Of a stretch of DNA of 64,000 nt, positions 24,083 to 36,760 are shown one piece after another (within the stretch, counting starts at the first letter, position 1; each line of letters starts with the position of its first letter). The stretch covers positions 32,922,001 through 32,986,000 of the forward strand of contig OZ116700.1 in the NCBI GenBank assembly GCA_964199315.1, read 5' to 3'. The position numbers and the translations under genes were made by a program. The DNA comes from Orbicella franksi (taxonomy: Eukaryota). The notes under the pieces are model-generated. The model saw only the letters and a list, made by a program, of their open reading frames with translations, did no database searches and was not told where the DNA came from.

Positions 24083-27000
24083 TCTTTTTCTTTCCCGAAG
24101 ACTGAAAAATGTAACGAATTAAAATATTAATGTGAAAGTAAACACAATCTAGATTATTGTTAAGTAACCACTTTCTGTTCCTCCTTCCACTTGAACGAAA
24201 GGCAACACAAGCTGGTCGCTTATTTCCGAGATGTTACAACAGAGAATTAGTTAGGGTAACCAGACATGGGAGAAAGGTCATGCAACGTTTTATTGAGCAA
24301 CATTTCATCCCGAAGTGATCCTGGTTAACGGCGCCCGGAAGTGGAGCTCCCATGTAAAAGCTGACGGTGTATTCATCTGATATTATGAAACGAACCCCTA
24401 AAAGCTATAAGACTCTCACTTTGCGCGTGTGGCAGACTCGTTGCCTGGATTTTTCCTTGACATTTTTGGCAACGAGGTTTTGGGTGTAGCTGAAATTCAT
24501 TTCACCCCTAAATGATGATACCAATTCTTCAATTAAACTAGATTCTGCCATACATTTTTAAAATGAAGACTTTGGACTTTGGTCATCTTTTTTTGTGAGC
24601 GTGTGATGTTTTTGTATTGGGTTCAAGGTCAGACGAAATGTCGGGCGGGCGTGGACTGCCGCACATTTGCTGATTTTTGAGAAGTGTAGATCAATTAATT
24701 CATGAATTCAGCAAAAAAGTTGACAAAAAACGTAACCCAATTTTACTTAGCTTTCTTTAAAGGGAGTTTATAATTAACTTGTAAGTCCTGGTTTTACGCT
24801 CAAAATAGGAAAGAAAATGAGAACCTGCCGTACAGAGATTCTATTACTTGGTCACGCGTCCAGTACTAACTTGATTAGCTAAGTAAGGTGCTCAGTTTGC
24901 GTTGGTGATCGCATAGAAGCGTTACTTTCTTTGTGGTAACGTCTCAGTCTAGGATATCCCTTCCTGTATATGTTTCAAACGGTCTCAGGCCCGTTCCAAA
25001 CGCCGCTCCATTCATGCGCCGAACCTAACTGATGAGTTAAGTACGGCAGAGGAGCGGCGTTTGAATCAATTTGGTTCGGCAGGTTAGGTTTGGGGCGGCG
25101 AACAACATAAAATTCGGCAGGGTCTGTCGCACTATGCGACGTTGGAGCGGCAGCTGATTCATACGGCGTTCTCCTCATGTGTCGAACCCAATGCATAAAT
25201 TACTGTAATGTATTTTTTTTATATAATGGGACTCGTAATTGGCTCAAAATTGAGTGGCATGACCAGTCATGCATGAAGCTTGAAGTCGTCGCTAAAAATA
25301 AAGACAACAAAATGTGCCTTCGATTTACGAGAAACGGGACTGTATAAGCGAGTTTCTTTAGCGCAAATTCATCTTTTGCTTTTTCTTCGTGATAAAAACC
25401 CAGCTTATGAGATTTCCCTTTAACTAGTCGAATTAAGCGGGAGAAAACCTGTCTAAATACAAACACTAAACCTTGAGTTTGAATTTGCTTCCCTAAATAT
25501 TGCTATAACGGCGAAATGTTAGTCACAGCTTTCCTATTTGGACAGAGTTCTTGAATTCAGAACGCATATTTTCTCGTAGCTTGCGAACAGGCTCCCGGTG
25601 AGCCCGAACGAAGCTCATTCTACTATTTCGCGCTCGCCGAATTTTTTTTTCCGTCATCTCCGGGAGCCTGTTCGCAGGCTAATTTTCTCGTCGAAAATTG
25701 TTACCACCGGATTCCTGAATTAAGTTCGACGCAAGTACGCCGTCTGAACCAGCCCGTCGCTCCAATGTCACTCTGAAGTCGAACTTAATCAAGTTTGGTT
25801 CGGCACATGAGTGAAGCGGCGTTTGGATCGGGCCTCACATCTCCTTATGTAATCTCTTACTGTTGCATTTTGCATTGTTTCTTACAGTCATGGGCTCCTG
25901 TTTCTTAACAATGCCAGTGGGCTTTAACTTCATTTATCGCCTTTCTAGCTCGATACATCATGTTATGTCACTGCTTGTTTACACTCCTATAGTTAGATCA
26001 AAACAAGTGGATTGTCCACTTGTTTTGATCTAACTACATGACTATGGCTCTAAATTAATAGAGCCAAAATACTGTAATAATCTTCTTGCATCGTAATAAA
26101 CCACAACTTGGTTTTCAACAATGTTAACAATCCTCGGACTCGTCTTGTTTATGTTACTAGCTCGATATATAAAAGATATATGACCTACGGGTTGAAACAC
26201 CAAACCCGCCACTGTCTACAGACGATCACGTTTTCCAAGTTGAGTGGCTCATGGCTATTTTGATACCAACTTAAATGCTCTTATTAAAAAGCTAACAAGA
26301 TAGCTCCAAAAGTAGGTATTTTAGATTTCTGGGTTACTGTTACAACCTAAGGTGACAGTTGCTCAACACTGAGGAACATCTGAGTCAAAAAATAAGGTCG
26401 ATAATTTCACCAAACGGAAATTTTGCCTGACAGGTGATTCACCCACAGAGAGTGGACCTAGGAAAAATAGGAAAGACAAACTCACAGCAAAGTGTCTTTG
26501 GCGAATTTCGTATTACGATTGAAGACTGCCAGTAGAGAGAGTTTTAATTGCTCTCCATTGAGGTTTTCTGTCTATTACTAACATGAAGAAATATGCTATG
26601 AAAGTATAAATTGGAATCATGAAACCGAACTCTGTCACTGCGTCATTAGAGCTCTATGCTGTTTGATAAGTGTCGTATTTCATTACTCGATATGCAAACG
26701 AGTTGTTTTGAATTTTCAGCTCTTCATTTGAAAAACGAAGCAGTGAGAAACGAGTAGTACTAAATTCAAATTTTGTTATAATGAATTCAACAATTCAACT
26801 TTTTAGTACAGTGCGTGTTGATGATTTAGTGAGTGTTTTGACTGCGACATGATTGAGAGAGTCTTTGGCGGACTGGGATGAATTACGTAAAAATTTAATA
26901 ATTTCGTTCGTCGAAATTCATCCCTTTTCACTATTCTAACTATAGGCAGTTAATCGAATATCAATTAAGGCGTCAGGTATATCGCCTTCCGGACGAAGCG

Positions 27001-27637
27001 ACCGTAAGTTAAAACCTAGACTTTCGCAAAGTCCTTCGAGTCTTCGCAATTATTGGGTAGTTTTGAACGTCGAGGACATTTTTTCGTTCCAAGGTCGACT
27101 AACACGCTCGGTCATGGACTTAAACTTCACAATCTGTACTAATATATTAAATGCTGTGTGCTGATCCAGACGCTTCATTGAGCCTGTATGTCTTCCGATA
27201 TAAAGACCATAAACGCATCGGATGCCAAACGCGTGGAAAAAAGACATAGGTAGGATAATAAATGGCGGATAAGCAGACTACGCTTTGATAGATCACAGTG
27301 TTAGCTAGTGTTTACATCAACGATTCTCAAAACGTCTAACAAAATGAATCTTACGATAACACGAACTGACAGCAGTGAGTTGATAAAATGACTGTGAAAA
27401 GACTTAAATAACAGCTAAAGAAATGGTTGCACTTGAAGCAATTGAACTTCGATCTAAACCCGGTTTCACTGAGTTCCCCACGAATGGAATTAGAATTATC
27501 GAATACCACCGCTCAAGTAGCCAAGAAAATCTATGACAGTGCTTTAAGGAAAAAATATTCTATTATATCATGTACTTACGCCTCGTATTTGCCACACACA
27601 ATTCTCACTGAAAAGGCGAGTGCATTAACAAGCAACC

Positions 27638-30600
27638 TGTGGTGGTTCGGGCGCAAGTAGACCAAAAAGAGCTTATACAATAACAACAACAAGATTTATT
27701 TCTGCTCCCATTTCTCCGACCACATGCTTCGGTTTTTACCGCATCCCATAATAGACCAGTGATCATGTGACTGACACGTCACAACAGAAACACTACATCT
27801 CCCCCTAAGTTATTACAAATGTCAGCACTAGAGAAAACTAAATGAACAGTATTACAAATCTAATTAATAGTCCTTAAAACAAACAGTCTCTCTCTTTATG
27901 TCTCTTGCACATTCTAAAACTAAGTGCATACGTAGTCTTTTAAATAGGCGGGTGGTTGTCTAGAGCGCGCAGGTCGCAAAACAACTGAATCGCCCGGCAA
28001 AGGGTTGGGTGGAGTCTCTTGCACCTCTGCTGGCTGGCTTGCAATTGTCATTGGATGCGTTTGTTCCACCTGGTCTGGCTCTTGGGGTAGTTGTGCTGGC
28101 TGTACCTGGTCTTCCTTTTCAGTGGTTTCAGGTGCAACAAATTTCTTCATGTGGGCTATGTTTCGCATTTTATTGTTCCCATTGGTATCTTCCAGTATGA
28201 CGGCATTTCCATCTTTGTGAACGACCTTGTATGGCTCAGGTTCATAATTGGGTGAGAGTTTGTTCTCTCGAGCCTGTTTCAGTAGGACTTGATCACCCTC
28301 TTCAATGTCGCTGAATTTGGCAGCGCGTGTTCTGTCTGCATACTCCTTCTGTCTAAGTTTAGCATGAGCATCCCTCTCTTTTAAGAGCAGCTGCCACTGT
28401 GCTTCAGTGGCTCGATCCTTGGGGATTTGGACTTTTGGAAGTTTGTCACGTAGCTTCCTCCCCATCAGTAGTTCTGCTGGTGATATCCCAGTAACAGTAT
28501 GAGGGGTAACTCTGTACTGGAATAGAAAGTCTGCGAGTGCTTTTCGCCAATCTTTACCCTCTAGGCGCGCGATTCTCACGATTTTCAGTAAGGTCTCATT
28601 GCAACGCTCCACCTCTCCATTGCTTTGGGGCCAATAGGGCACGCCCTTTTTGTGTTCAATTGCTAGATACTCTAGGAATCCCTCGAATTCCTTGGATGCA
28701 AATGGAGGTCCGTTATCACTACGGACAGTCTCTGGTAGACCATGTGTTCTAAAAATAGCCTCCATGGACTTGATTACATTTTGTGCATCTGTTTTCTTGA
28801 GAAGGACAGCTTCGATCCAGCGAGAATAGTAGTCTACAACTACCAGGAGGTGAGCTCCACTTGTAATCTCGAGAAGGTCAACTGAGATTTCTTGCCACGG
28901 GGAGTCTGGTAGTCTGGTTGATCTCACCGGCTCTGGTTTGGATCGGGGTCCGACAAGCTGGCAGGGGTGACATGTTCGTATTGCTTGCTCTACTTGCTTG
29001 TCCATTCGTGGCCACCATACTTTCTCTCGCAACCTGGCTTTAGTTCGGACCATACCTTGGTGTCCTTCGTGAGCCAACATTATGGTGCGCTTTTGAAGGC
29101 TCTCTGGAATGAGGATGCGGCTTCCTCTCATCACCACCTGTCCTATCACCCACAGTTCATCTTTAACTGCTTTGTAAATTGTGCCTTGTAACTGGCTCCA
29201 ATCATCTGTCATTACAGCCTGCCGTAACATCTTTAGCGTTGGGTCTTTTTCAGAAGCGATTTCAACTTCCTTTGGCACCAACGCAGCTGGTACAGCCTCA
29301 CTTACTACGCTGTACGCAAACTCTTCTGTAGCTTGAGTTTCGTGATCATGGGTAGTACCCACCGGTAGGCGGCTCAGGACGTCTGCAGCATTGTCCTTGC
29401 CCCGTATATGTGTCAACTTGTATTGGAACTGCTGTAAGTAGAGAAGCCATCTCTCTATTCGTGCTGATGGGGGCTTTGACTTTGCTCCGAGTACGATGAG
29501 AAGAGGCTTGTGATCAGTGCAGACTTCAAAGCTAATGCCATAGAGGTACAAGTAGAACTTTTCACAAGCCCACCTTACAGCCAGAGCTTCTCTTTCAAAT
29601 TGGGAGTACCTCATTTCAATCTTACTCAGCTTTCTGCTGGCATAATATATTGGCCTGTAGCTTCCATCTTTTTGCTTCTGTTCCAGAATCGCCCCAACTC
29701 CCACTGGTGATGCATCGGTTGTCAGACGAGTTTCTGCGCCCTGTCTGAAATATGCCATCACTGGTGCACGAGTCAGCCGGTCTTTTATCTCTTGGAATGA
29801 CTTTGCTTCCTTTACTCCCCACTTCCACTTGTTGTCTTTTGCGGTGAGGTCCCACAATGGACTCGATATTGATGCAAAGTTGGGGATGAACTTTGAACAG
29901 AACTGCACGGAGCCAAGAAAACTTCTTACTTCTGATGGGTTTTGGGGTGCTGGTGCCTCAACAATAGCTTTCACACGTTGACTAGACACTTTCAGCCCTT
30001 CCCCAGAGAGTACATCACCCATGTAGATCATGCTGCCAACACCAATTTCACATTTATCATAGTTAAGCGTTAGCCCACTTTCTTCAAGCTTGCGCATGAC
30101 CCTCTCTAAGTTTTCGTCATGCTCTTCATCATTTGTGCCAACAACTCGTAGGTCATCGTGCAGGTTGTATGCCCCTGGGCAGTCTTGGATGATCTGCCAA
30201 ACAATTTGCTGGAATTTTTCCGTGGCCATGTTTACACCAAAAAGCAGGCGCTTGTATCTGTAAAGGCCATTAGGCGCAGCAAAGGTTGTAATGTCCCTTG
30301 AGTCTGGGTGTAACTCAATTTGGTGAAAAGCCATATTTAAATCTAATTTAGAGAAAACTTTGGCATTCGAGACTTCTTGGAGTGTTTCCTCTACGGTGGG
30401 GACTGGGTGCTTCTCCCGCACAATGGCTTGGTTCGCTTGTCTCATGTCTAGACAGATTCTAATGTCACCGTTAGGCTTCTCGACCACTACTAAGGGGTTG
30501 ACCCAGCTGGTAGGTCCCTCTACTTTTTCGATAACATCAAGCTTCAGTAACTCTTCCAATTTCTCCGTGACTTTTTCTCGTCTACTAAAAGGAATTCTGC

Positions 30601-32245
30601 GTGGGGGTTGAGCAACTGGTTGTACTTTTTCATCAATGTGTAACTTGAGCTGGTACCCTTTGAGCTTCCCCAGGCCCTGGAAAACTTTGGGAAACTTTGC
30701 CCTTAGGGAGGCCTTTCTATCTGCTTGTTTTGGATTGTTACTAGCACCATCAGATTCAACATCACAGCTGTTAACAGGGACACCTACCCTTAAAACACCA
30801 AGCAACTCAGATGCATCGCGGCCTAATAGCGTCGCAGCTTTGCCAAGCATAACATAAAACTCAACATTCAGGGACTTTTGGGTTTGTGGCACACGTACAT
30901 CAAGATTACATTTTCCTTTGATTTGGAGTGGCTCTTCAGATGCATAAGCAAAAACTCTTTTGTTGCACTCCAACAATTTAACATTACCCCCCGTTACAAG
31001 GTTAAATACTTCTTCGGACATTAAATTACAACTAGCACCAGAGTCTATAATAACGTTCATAGTCTTATCTGCAATCTCCAGCTTCAGAGTGTTCCCGTCA
31101 TCTGTCTCCCCAGTGTAGAACACGTAGAAATCATCCTTCCTTGCGGAGTTTCCAGTAGTCACGTCTTCGGTTACTTGACGTACATCACGTTGGCCCTGTG
31201 AACTTCCTCCTCTTCGTCCACGGCTTTGCTTTCTTCCAGAGTTTCCACGGTATTCGTTTCCACGACCACGACTCGAACTGCGACTAGAATCTCGCCCTTT
31301 ACTCTGTTTGGAGTGACAGCACACTTCGAAATGACCCACGTTGCCACATTTCCCGCATTTGTGGTCACGCGAACGAAGACATTCCTTCGCGAAGTGTCCC
31401 GCTTTATCGCACCGCCAACATTTTCCCCCTTGTTTGGCGTCTGGAGATATGTTATTCACTCGGCCATCACGGATAAGAACGAGGGCTTCTTTGTCATGGT
31501 ATTGACTAACGATTTCCAATAGTTTGCTCAATGTTAATGTTTCTTCGCGATACAACTTGGCCTTGAGGTTTTTGTCTTGAATGAAAGAAATCGCACGATC
31601 TCTCACCTGGTTGTCCCTTTCACCTTCGTATTCACAATGTTCGGCTAATTTCTGCAGGCGTGTGATGAAATTGTTAATGGTTTCTCCAGCGGTTGGTTGA
31701 GCTGCGAGAAACGCCTGTCTTGCCATCGGCGCGTTTTTTCTCGGTTTGAAATGTTCGGATAGGCTGTCCATAGCTTTCTCGTAATCCTTCGCTTCGCCTC
31801 GTTTGTCGGCAGGAATTGAGTTATTAAAAACGTCTCTGACTTGGGGCCCGGCGAGGTGAAGTAGAAGCGCCTTCTTCTGTGTTGGGTCGCTGATTCCCGA
31901 GGCAGTCACGTACAATTCGAATTCGTCTTTCCAAGTTAGCCATCGTTGTGCGAGTGTAGCTGGCTCGCCCACAGCGTTGAATGTTTGTAAACCTGGCAGT
32001 CCGCTCAAGGATACGGCCATCTGTGCGAGTTTTCCACTGTTTAAACTCGTTATCCACTTTTTATCCGGTTTTCCTCGTCGCCAAATGTGGTGGTTCGGGC
32101 GCAAGTAGACCAAAAAGAGCTTATACAATAACAACAACAAGATTTATTTCTGCTCCCATTTCTCCGACCACATGCTTCGGTTTTTACCGCATCCCATAAT
32201 AGACCAGTGATCATGTGACTGACACGTCACAACAGAAACACTACA
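27638..32245 (-). mobile_element. Intact Gypsy/Ty3 LTR retrotransposon (Mag/SURL-like), 4,608 bp
   Basis: Identical 160-bp TG...CA LTRs at 27638-27797 and 32086-32245. 5-bp TSD CAACC (27633-27637, 32246-32250), with a single CAACC at the paralogous empty site near 3985. PBS TGGCGACGAGGA (32083-32072) is complementary to a tRNA-Ser 3' end. PPT AGGGGGAGA abuts the 3' LTR. Confidence 0.98.
27920..32020 (-). CDS. Gag-Pol polyprotein, 1366 aa (Gag with two CCHC knuckles, protease, RT, RNase H, integrase)
   Basis: Single open frame from MAVSLSG. Motifs: CWRCDKAGHFAKEC, CGKCGNVGHFEVCC, IIDSGAS, NLHDD, TDAS...EREALA, H-x3-H...CHPC and a D-D-E integrase (ISVD, RSDNG, NGEVER), in PR-RT-RH-IN order. 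Confidence 0.97.
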   Translation of the reverse strand: MAVSLSGLPGLQTFNAVGEPATLAQRWLTWKDEFELYVTASGISDPTQKKALLLHLAGPQVRDVFNNSIPADKRGEAKDYEKAMDSLSEHFKPRKNAPMARQAFLAAQPTAGETINNFITRLQKLAEHCEYEGERDNQVRDRAISFIQDKNLKAKLYREETLTLSKLLEIVSQYHDKEALVLIRDGRVNNISPDAKQGGKCWRCDKAGHFAKECLRSRDHKCGKCGNVGHFEVCCHSKQSKGRDSSRSSSRGRGNEYRGNSGRKQSRGRRGGSSQGQRDVRQVTEDVTTGNSARKDDFYVFYTGETDDGNTLKLEIADKTMNVIIDSGASCNLMSEEVFNLVTGGNVKLLECNKRVFAYASEEPLQIKGKCNLDVRVPQTQKSLNVEFYVMLGKAATLLGRDASELLGVLRVGVPVNSCDVESDGASNNPKQADRKASLRAKFPKVFQGLGKLKGYQLKLHIDEKVQPVAQPPRRIPFSRREKVTEKLEELLKLDVIEKVEGPTSWVNPLVVVEKPNGDIRICLDMRQANQAIVREKHPVPTVEETLQEVSNAKVFSKLDLNMAFHQIELHPDSRDITTFAAPNGLYRYKRLLFGVNMATEKFQQIVWQIIQDCPGAYNLHDDLRVVGTNDEEHDENLERVMRKLEESGLTLNYDKCEIGVGSMIYMGDVLSGEGLKVSSQRVKAIVEAPAPQNPSEVRSFLGSVQFCSKFIPNFASISSPLWDLTAKDNKWKWGVKEAKSFQEIKDRLTRAPVMAYFRQGAETRLTTDASPVGVGAILEQKQKDGSYRPIYYASRKLSKIEMRYSQFEREALAVRWACEKFYLYLYGISFEVCTDHKPLLIVLGAKSKPPSARIERWLLYLQQFQYKLTHIRGKDNAADVLSRLPVGTTHDHETQATEEFAYSVVSEAVPAALVPKEVEIASEKDPTLKMLRQAVMTDDWSQLQGTIYKAVKDELWVIGQVVMRGSRILIPESLQKRTIMLAHEGHQGMVRTKARLREKVWWPRMDKQVEQAIRTCHPCQLVGPRSKPEPVRSTRLPDSPWQEISVDLLEITSGAHLLVVVDYYSRWIEAVLLKKTDAQNVIKSMEAIFRTHGLPETVRSDNGPPFASKEFEGFLEYLAIEHKKGVPYWPQSNGEVERCNETLLKIVRIARLEGKDWRKALADFLFQYRVTPHTVTGISPAELLMGRKLRDKLPKVQIPKDRATEAQWQLLLKERDAHAKLRQKEYADRTRAAKFSDIEEGDQVLLKQARENKLSPNYEPEPYKVVHKDGNAVILEDTNGNNKMRNIAHMKKFVAPETTEKEDQVQPAQLPQEPDQVEQTHPMTIASQPAEVQETPPNPLPGDSVVLRPARSRQPPAYLKDYVCT

Positions 32246-35200
32246 CAACCAAGCCCGACATTTTCACTTTCATCGTGGAAAGCGGAAGTAAAAGCGCTGA
32301 TATCAGCGTATTTTGATACGCTAGTGCCCAGTCTTCTTTGTGGCTAGTTGTTGACTACGTTCGTGACATGCTTCTTTCGTGACTTTCAGACCAGTACTCG
32401 TTACTTTTTATCTTTGTTTTGTCTCTTTATACAACGTTCATACATAGTCGCAAACACCAGACATAGAAACCAAAAAACACTCAAGAGCCTTCTTAAAAAA
32501 CATTTTTCCAGATCAATTCTTTTTTTTTTTCTCAGTTCGATTTGATGATTGTAAGTTGTGGATCTTTATTTTTTGTTTGTCAGGCTTTTTTGATTGTTTT
32601 ATTTATTTATTTATTTTCTTTTGTCTCTCATTAACGGAAAACATTATCGGGAAAGCGAATCGAAAATGGTGATAAAGCGCCATTCATTCGGTTGGTTTAC
32701 TGATTTTAGGGAAAAAAACCCTTATCATCATTTAACGTTAATCCCAACCAATACTTGCTTCTTATCAGAACGATTCGATCTAATTACTCAAGATTTTTGA
32801 TCTGAAAAACAACGCGCAGTTGGACTGGATTATGGACTTCTTATGTGGAGGCGGCATGGTCAAGTGGTTTAGGGCGCTGGATTTGAAATCGGGAGGTCCC
32901 TGGTTTAAATCCTCCACTCTGTCGCTATCTGGATTTGTTCCTGCGCGGTATTCCCGAGTTCAACTGCCCGACCGCGTTGTGTAAATAGCCAACTAGTCAG
33001 CCTCTCACCAGATGGGATTCTAAATAATTTATGTTTTATTTGCAATATTTGTTTATTTTATTCACAGTGTCCCCAATTAGCACAACGGTGCTAAATACGC
33101 TTGACACATAAATGGAGTTATTATTTATTTATTTATTTTTTCTTCATTGGGCTTAGTCACTCTTATGTCTCTAATTGAACTGCCTGAGTGTTAAAAGCTG
33201 CGGTCAGCAGCAGCAATGGCAGCGGCTAGATCTTCTTGTTTTGTTCCTCTTCATTGCCTTGACCTTGTGTAATCAAACATATCTGCTGTATAGCAGCTAT
33301 GACGGCAGACTCAAAGTCATTCACCGCAAGTTCCAACGACCGATATACGTAAAACTTACAAGACAGGAAGACATCCAGTGATCATCGCAGCTACATACTT
33401 AATCTAAGCAACTGTGAAATTAAAGCCTGAAAAAAATTTGAGCTTGAACGGGATTCGAACCCATGACCTCTGAGATGATCATTGGTGTCTTCATATCTTT
33501 CTCCGCCTTTCAAATATGTGATCTTTCATATATTCACTTGCACTCTTCACCATCTACGGGTATATTCAGTTATGAACTCACAATGTGACCAGCTCCTAAT
33601 TGGCTTGATAGCTCAGTTGGTAGAGCACTGCATCGGTATCGCAGAGGTCATGGGTTCGAGTCCCGTTCACGCCTGAATTTCTTTTTTTTTCAGACTTTAA
33701 TTTCACAACTGCTGTTAAGCAGTTAACTTAAAAGTTGTATATATAACTGCGATGATCTTTGGATGTCTTCATATTTTTCTCCGCAGTTCAAATATACGAT
33801 CTTTCATATATTTATTTGCACTTACAAGATAGGAAGTAAAAGAGTTAATTAGTTCGCCTTGCACCCGTTATTGCTGTGTCTGTATAATGAACATGAGGCT
33901 AGAGATAAGTACCGCTTGTCACACGTAAAAAGTTTTCTTTAAGAAGGCAGTATCTAACTGGAAAATAACTGAATAAATGCAAACGACCATGATCGAGATC
34001 ATGGTCTCTTGTTTAAAGTAATTAAAACCCACCAATAGAGAAGGGCCGGTCTTTGGCTGATTAATTAGCAAGCAAAAAAAAAAAGAAAACGATTCTACGA
34101 ACACAAATTCACACAAGATGTCTGTTGGCACTGTTTTGTTATATCAACATTCTCAAGCCTTACAAAAGTGTTCTAAACAAAGTTGATGTTGATTGTTAAC
34201 CACGAACAGAGCACAGTTTATCGTCAGGGATTTTGTTCAAACTTGAATAAATCAACTTCACGTAAAGCCAATCTCAAACAGCAGTGAACCTCCATTTTTG
34301 ATTATTTGCAAACTTTGTCGCAAAATTTATTGAAATGTGTACTTTTGAAAGACTCTTATTTCCAGAATGTTAATTGTGTGCGGTGTTACATCTGGACGAT
34401 GTCCAAAAAGGTCTGATGCAAATTTGAAGGAATTAGGAAGGGAAGAAGACAGTGGTAATAGATGGGCAATTTGTTGCATTGCGGGTCTGCAAGTGACACA
34501 AATGTAATCGTTTCTTTCGACCCGTGACTGCCATTTGAAGCCATTTCTGACATTTACAAAATTGGACGAGTCAGGGATAAGATAAGTACCATAAATAAGC
34601 CCCTCCATGTATGAGCCCCTCCAAACATAAACCCCCAAACTCGTAACACAAAAACCTTCCGTTAAATCGTCCCTTCGAATTTAAGCCCCCGGGGGCTTAA
34701 ACTTGCAAATTGTCCTCAAATACAAAATAGAACAAAGCAAAAGGGGTACAGTAACATAATTTTTTTATTTGCCAAAGAGCTGTCACGTGTGCCAAATGAT
34801 CGAGGTGAAAAAGTGTGACAGTTTATTGCCGCTGTTTGCATAGTTCACTATTCACTTTTTTTAGTGGCTTGGATTTCTTCCGTCAACAGAGAAAGTACTT
34901 GCAAGGAAGTTCTATTCCGCCACCCTGAACCGAATTAAGTAATTTGCGGTGTTGTTTTAAGTTTGCATGGCTGAGTCTTAGAAAGCTCTAAGTCCTCACA
35001 GCGAGTTTCAGTAAAAACGTCGTGAAAATTACTGACATAAATTTCTTTTCAACTATAAGCTAGCCCTATCGATTTTGAAACACAAATTTCCCTCCAAGTA
35101 TAAGCCTATAGCAGATTTTGTAACGCAAATTTCCCTCCGCATAAAAGCCCCTCCGAATATAGGCCCTTCCAAAAATAGGCCCCTCAAAAAGAGCCTTTCA

Positions 35201-36760
35201 AAAATATAAGCCCCGGGGCTTATATTTTCGGAATTTTTCAAAAGTTGCTTTTAATCCCAAGCCAAATCAAAGTTCGATCTTTGATGCCCCGATCGATCTT
35301 CATTGCATTCGTCTATCTGGGAGAATCACACGCTTGATTCACGCGCTATTAGTTCATAGCAACACCTATTCACAATACTAATATTGCAGCTTTACTAAAT
35401 CGATTTTGGGGACTCGTGAATTTGTGCATGGATTTCCGATGAATGAAACCCTCGGACTGCAGGCGAAAGCGCGGCAGGGGACAGGTCAATGTTATCTGCC
35501 CTCTCTTAACGATCACCTCAAATAAGAATACCAAATTATTCTTATTCGGATAAACGTTCGCTGACAACGTGACTAAAAGAAACGGGAGATTTCGCTTAGG
35601 GGAGGTTCCTCTGAATTCGAGAAGAAATGTTACATCATGACGTAACGCGGAAACCGCCCAATCTGAGTCACCCTAAGAACTTGAACCAGGAAACATATTT
35701 ATATAAAATTATTTTATATGGCAAGGTAGTCTTGAGGTAAATCCGAGCGTTCTGATTGGTTCTTCCTTGATCGGGATTTTGCCATACGGACCGTTTCCAT
35801 AGAAACAGTCATAAGCCGCTAATTTTTAGTTTTCAAAAGCCAGTGAACTTTAAGGCTCGAGTGCCATATAATAAACTACTTTACTAACTTAGCTTGCTCG
35901 AGCCGTACTGGGGAATATTGGCCCTAGGTCGTTATTGTACAGACTTCGCTGCGCTCGGTCCGTACTGCCACGACTTCGGGCCAATATTCCTCAGCACGGC
36001 CCTCGCACTCGGTTAGTAAGAGGTTAATGTCCAGAGTCACGAAAAAAGACCAACTTCAGACACTTAGATGTTTTCACTGTTTTCTGCTTTAATTGTTAAA
36101 AGACGTTTTGCCAATCAAAGTGCGCTTAATCTCTATGGTATTCTCGAAAATGTTGATGTCACGATGGTGACTGTATCAGTGGCTCAAGTTTTATTTTAAA
36201 GAGGCGGAAAGCTATGCGACTTTTGAAAAATTATTAATAAGAGAACGTTCTGAGACAAGACAAGATGATTTGTAGTCTTGGTTACTCCTAGCAAATCTTG
36301 TTTAATGATAATAATAATAACGATAATTTCCAATTAAACACTCGCTTCTCTTTTTGAGCTGCTTGAGTGCGAATATCAACAGCAATAGCAGTAGCTTGAG
36401 TAGTTCCTGTTTCTCGGCTGTTATTAATGATTGATTTTGATTATCTTGTTAACATGACCTATGACTCATATGTAGCCCCACGTTCACGTTCAAGTTTCTT
36501 CATTTCCACACAACAAAAAATAGATTAAACAGAAATTTGATCACTGAGGAGTTTTGACAACGAAAACTCACCGAGTTAAAAAGAGTTCACGCGTCTAATC
36601 TAAGCGAGTTTCTTGTAAAAAAGCTCATGGGCGTGTGGTTGCTGTCCCGTTGAAGCAAACGAACAGTGTATTGCAGCCGACGACAGTTTCCAAGTCATTT
36701 GATACAAGCTCCAACCACCGCTTTACACACGACGTACTACACTGGAAGTAAAAGAGTTAA

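Noticed and set aside
32021-32140. 40-aa N-terminal extension of Gag-Pol in the ORF track
   Set aside because: It starts at a non-ATG codon inside the LTR and crosses the PBS; the first Met is at 32020.
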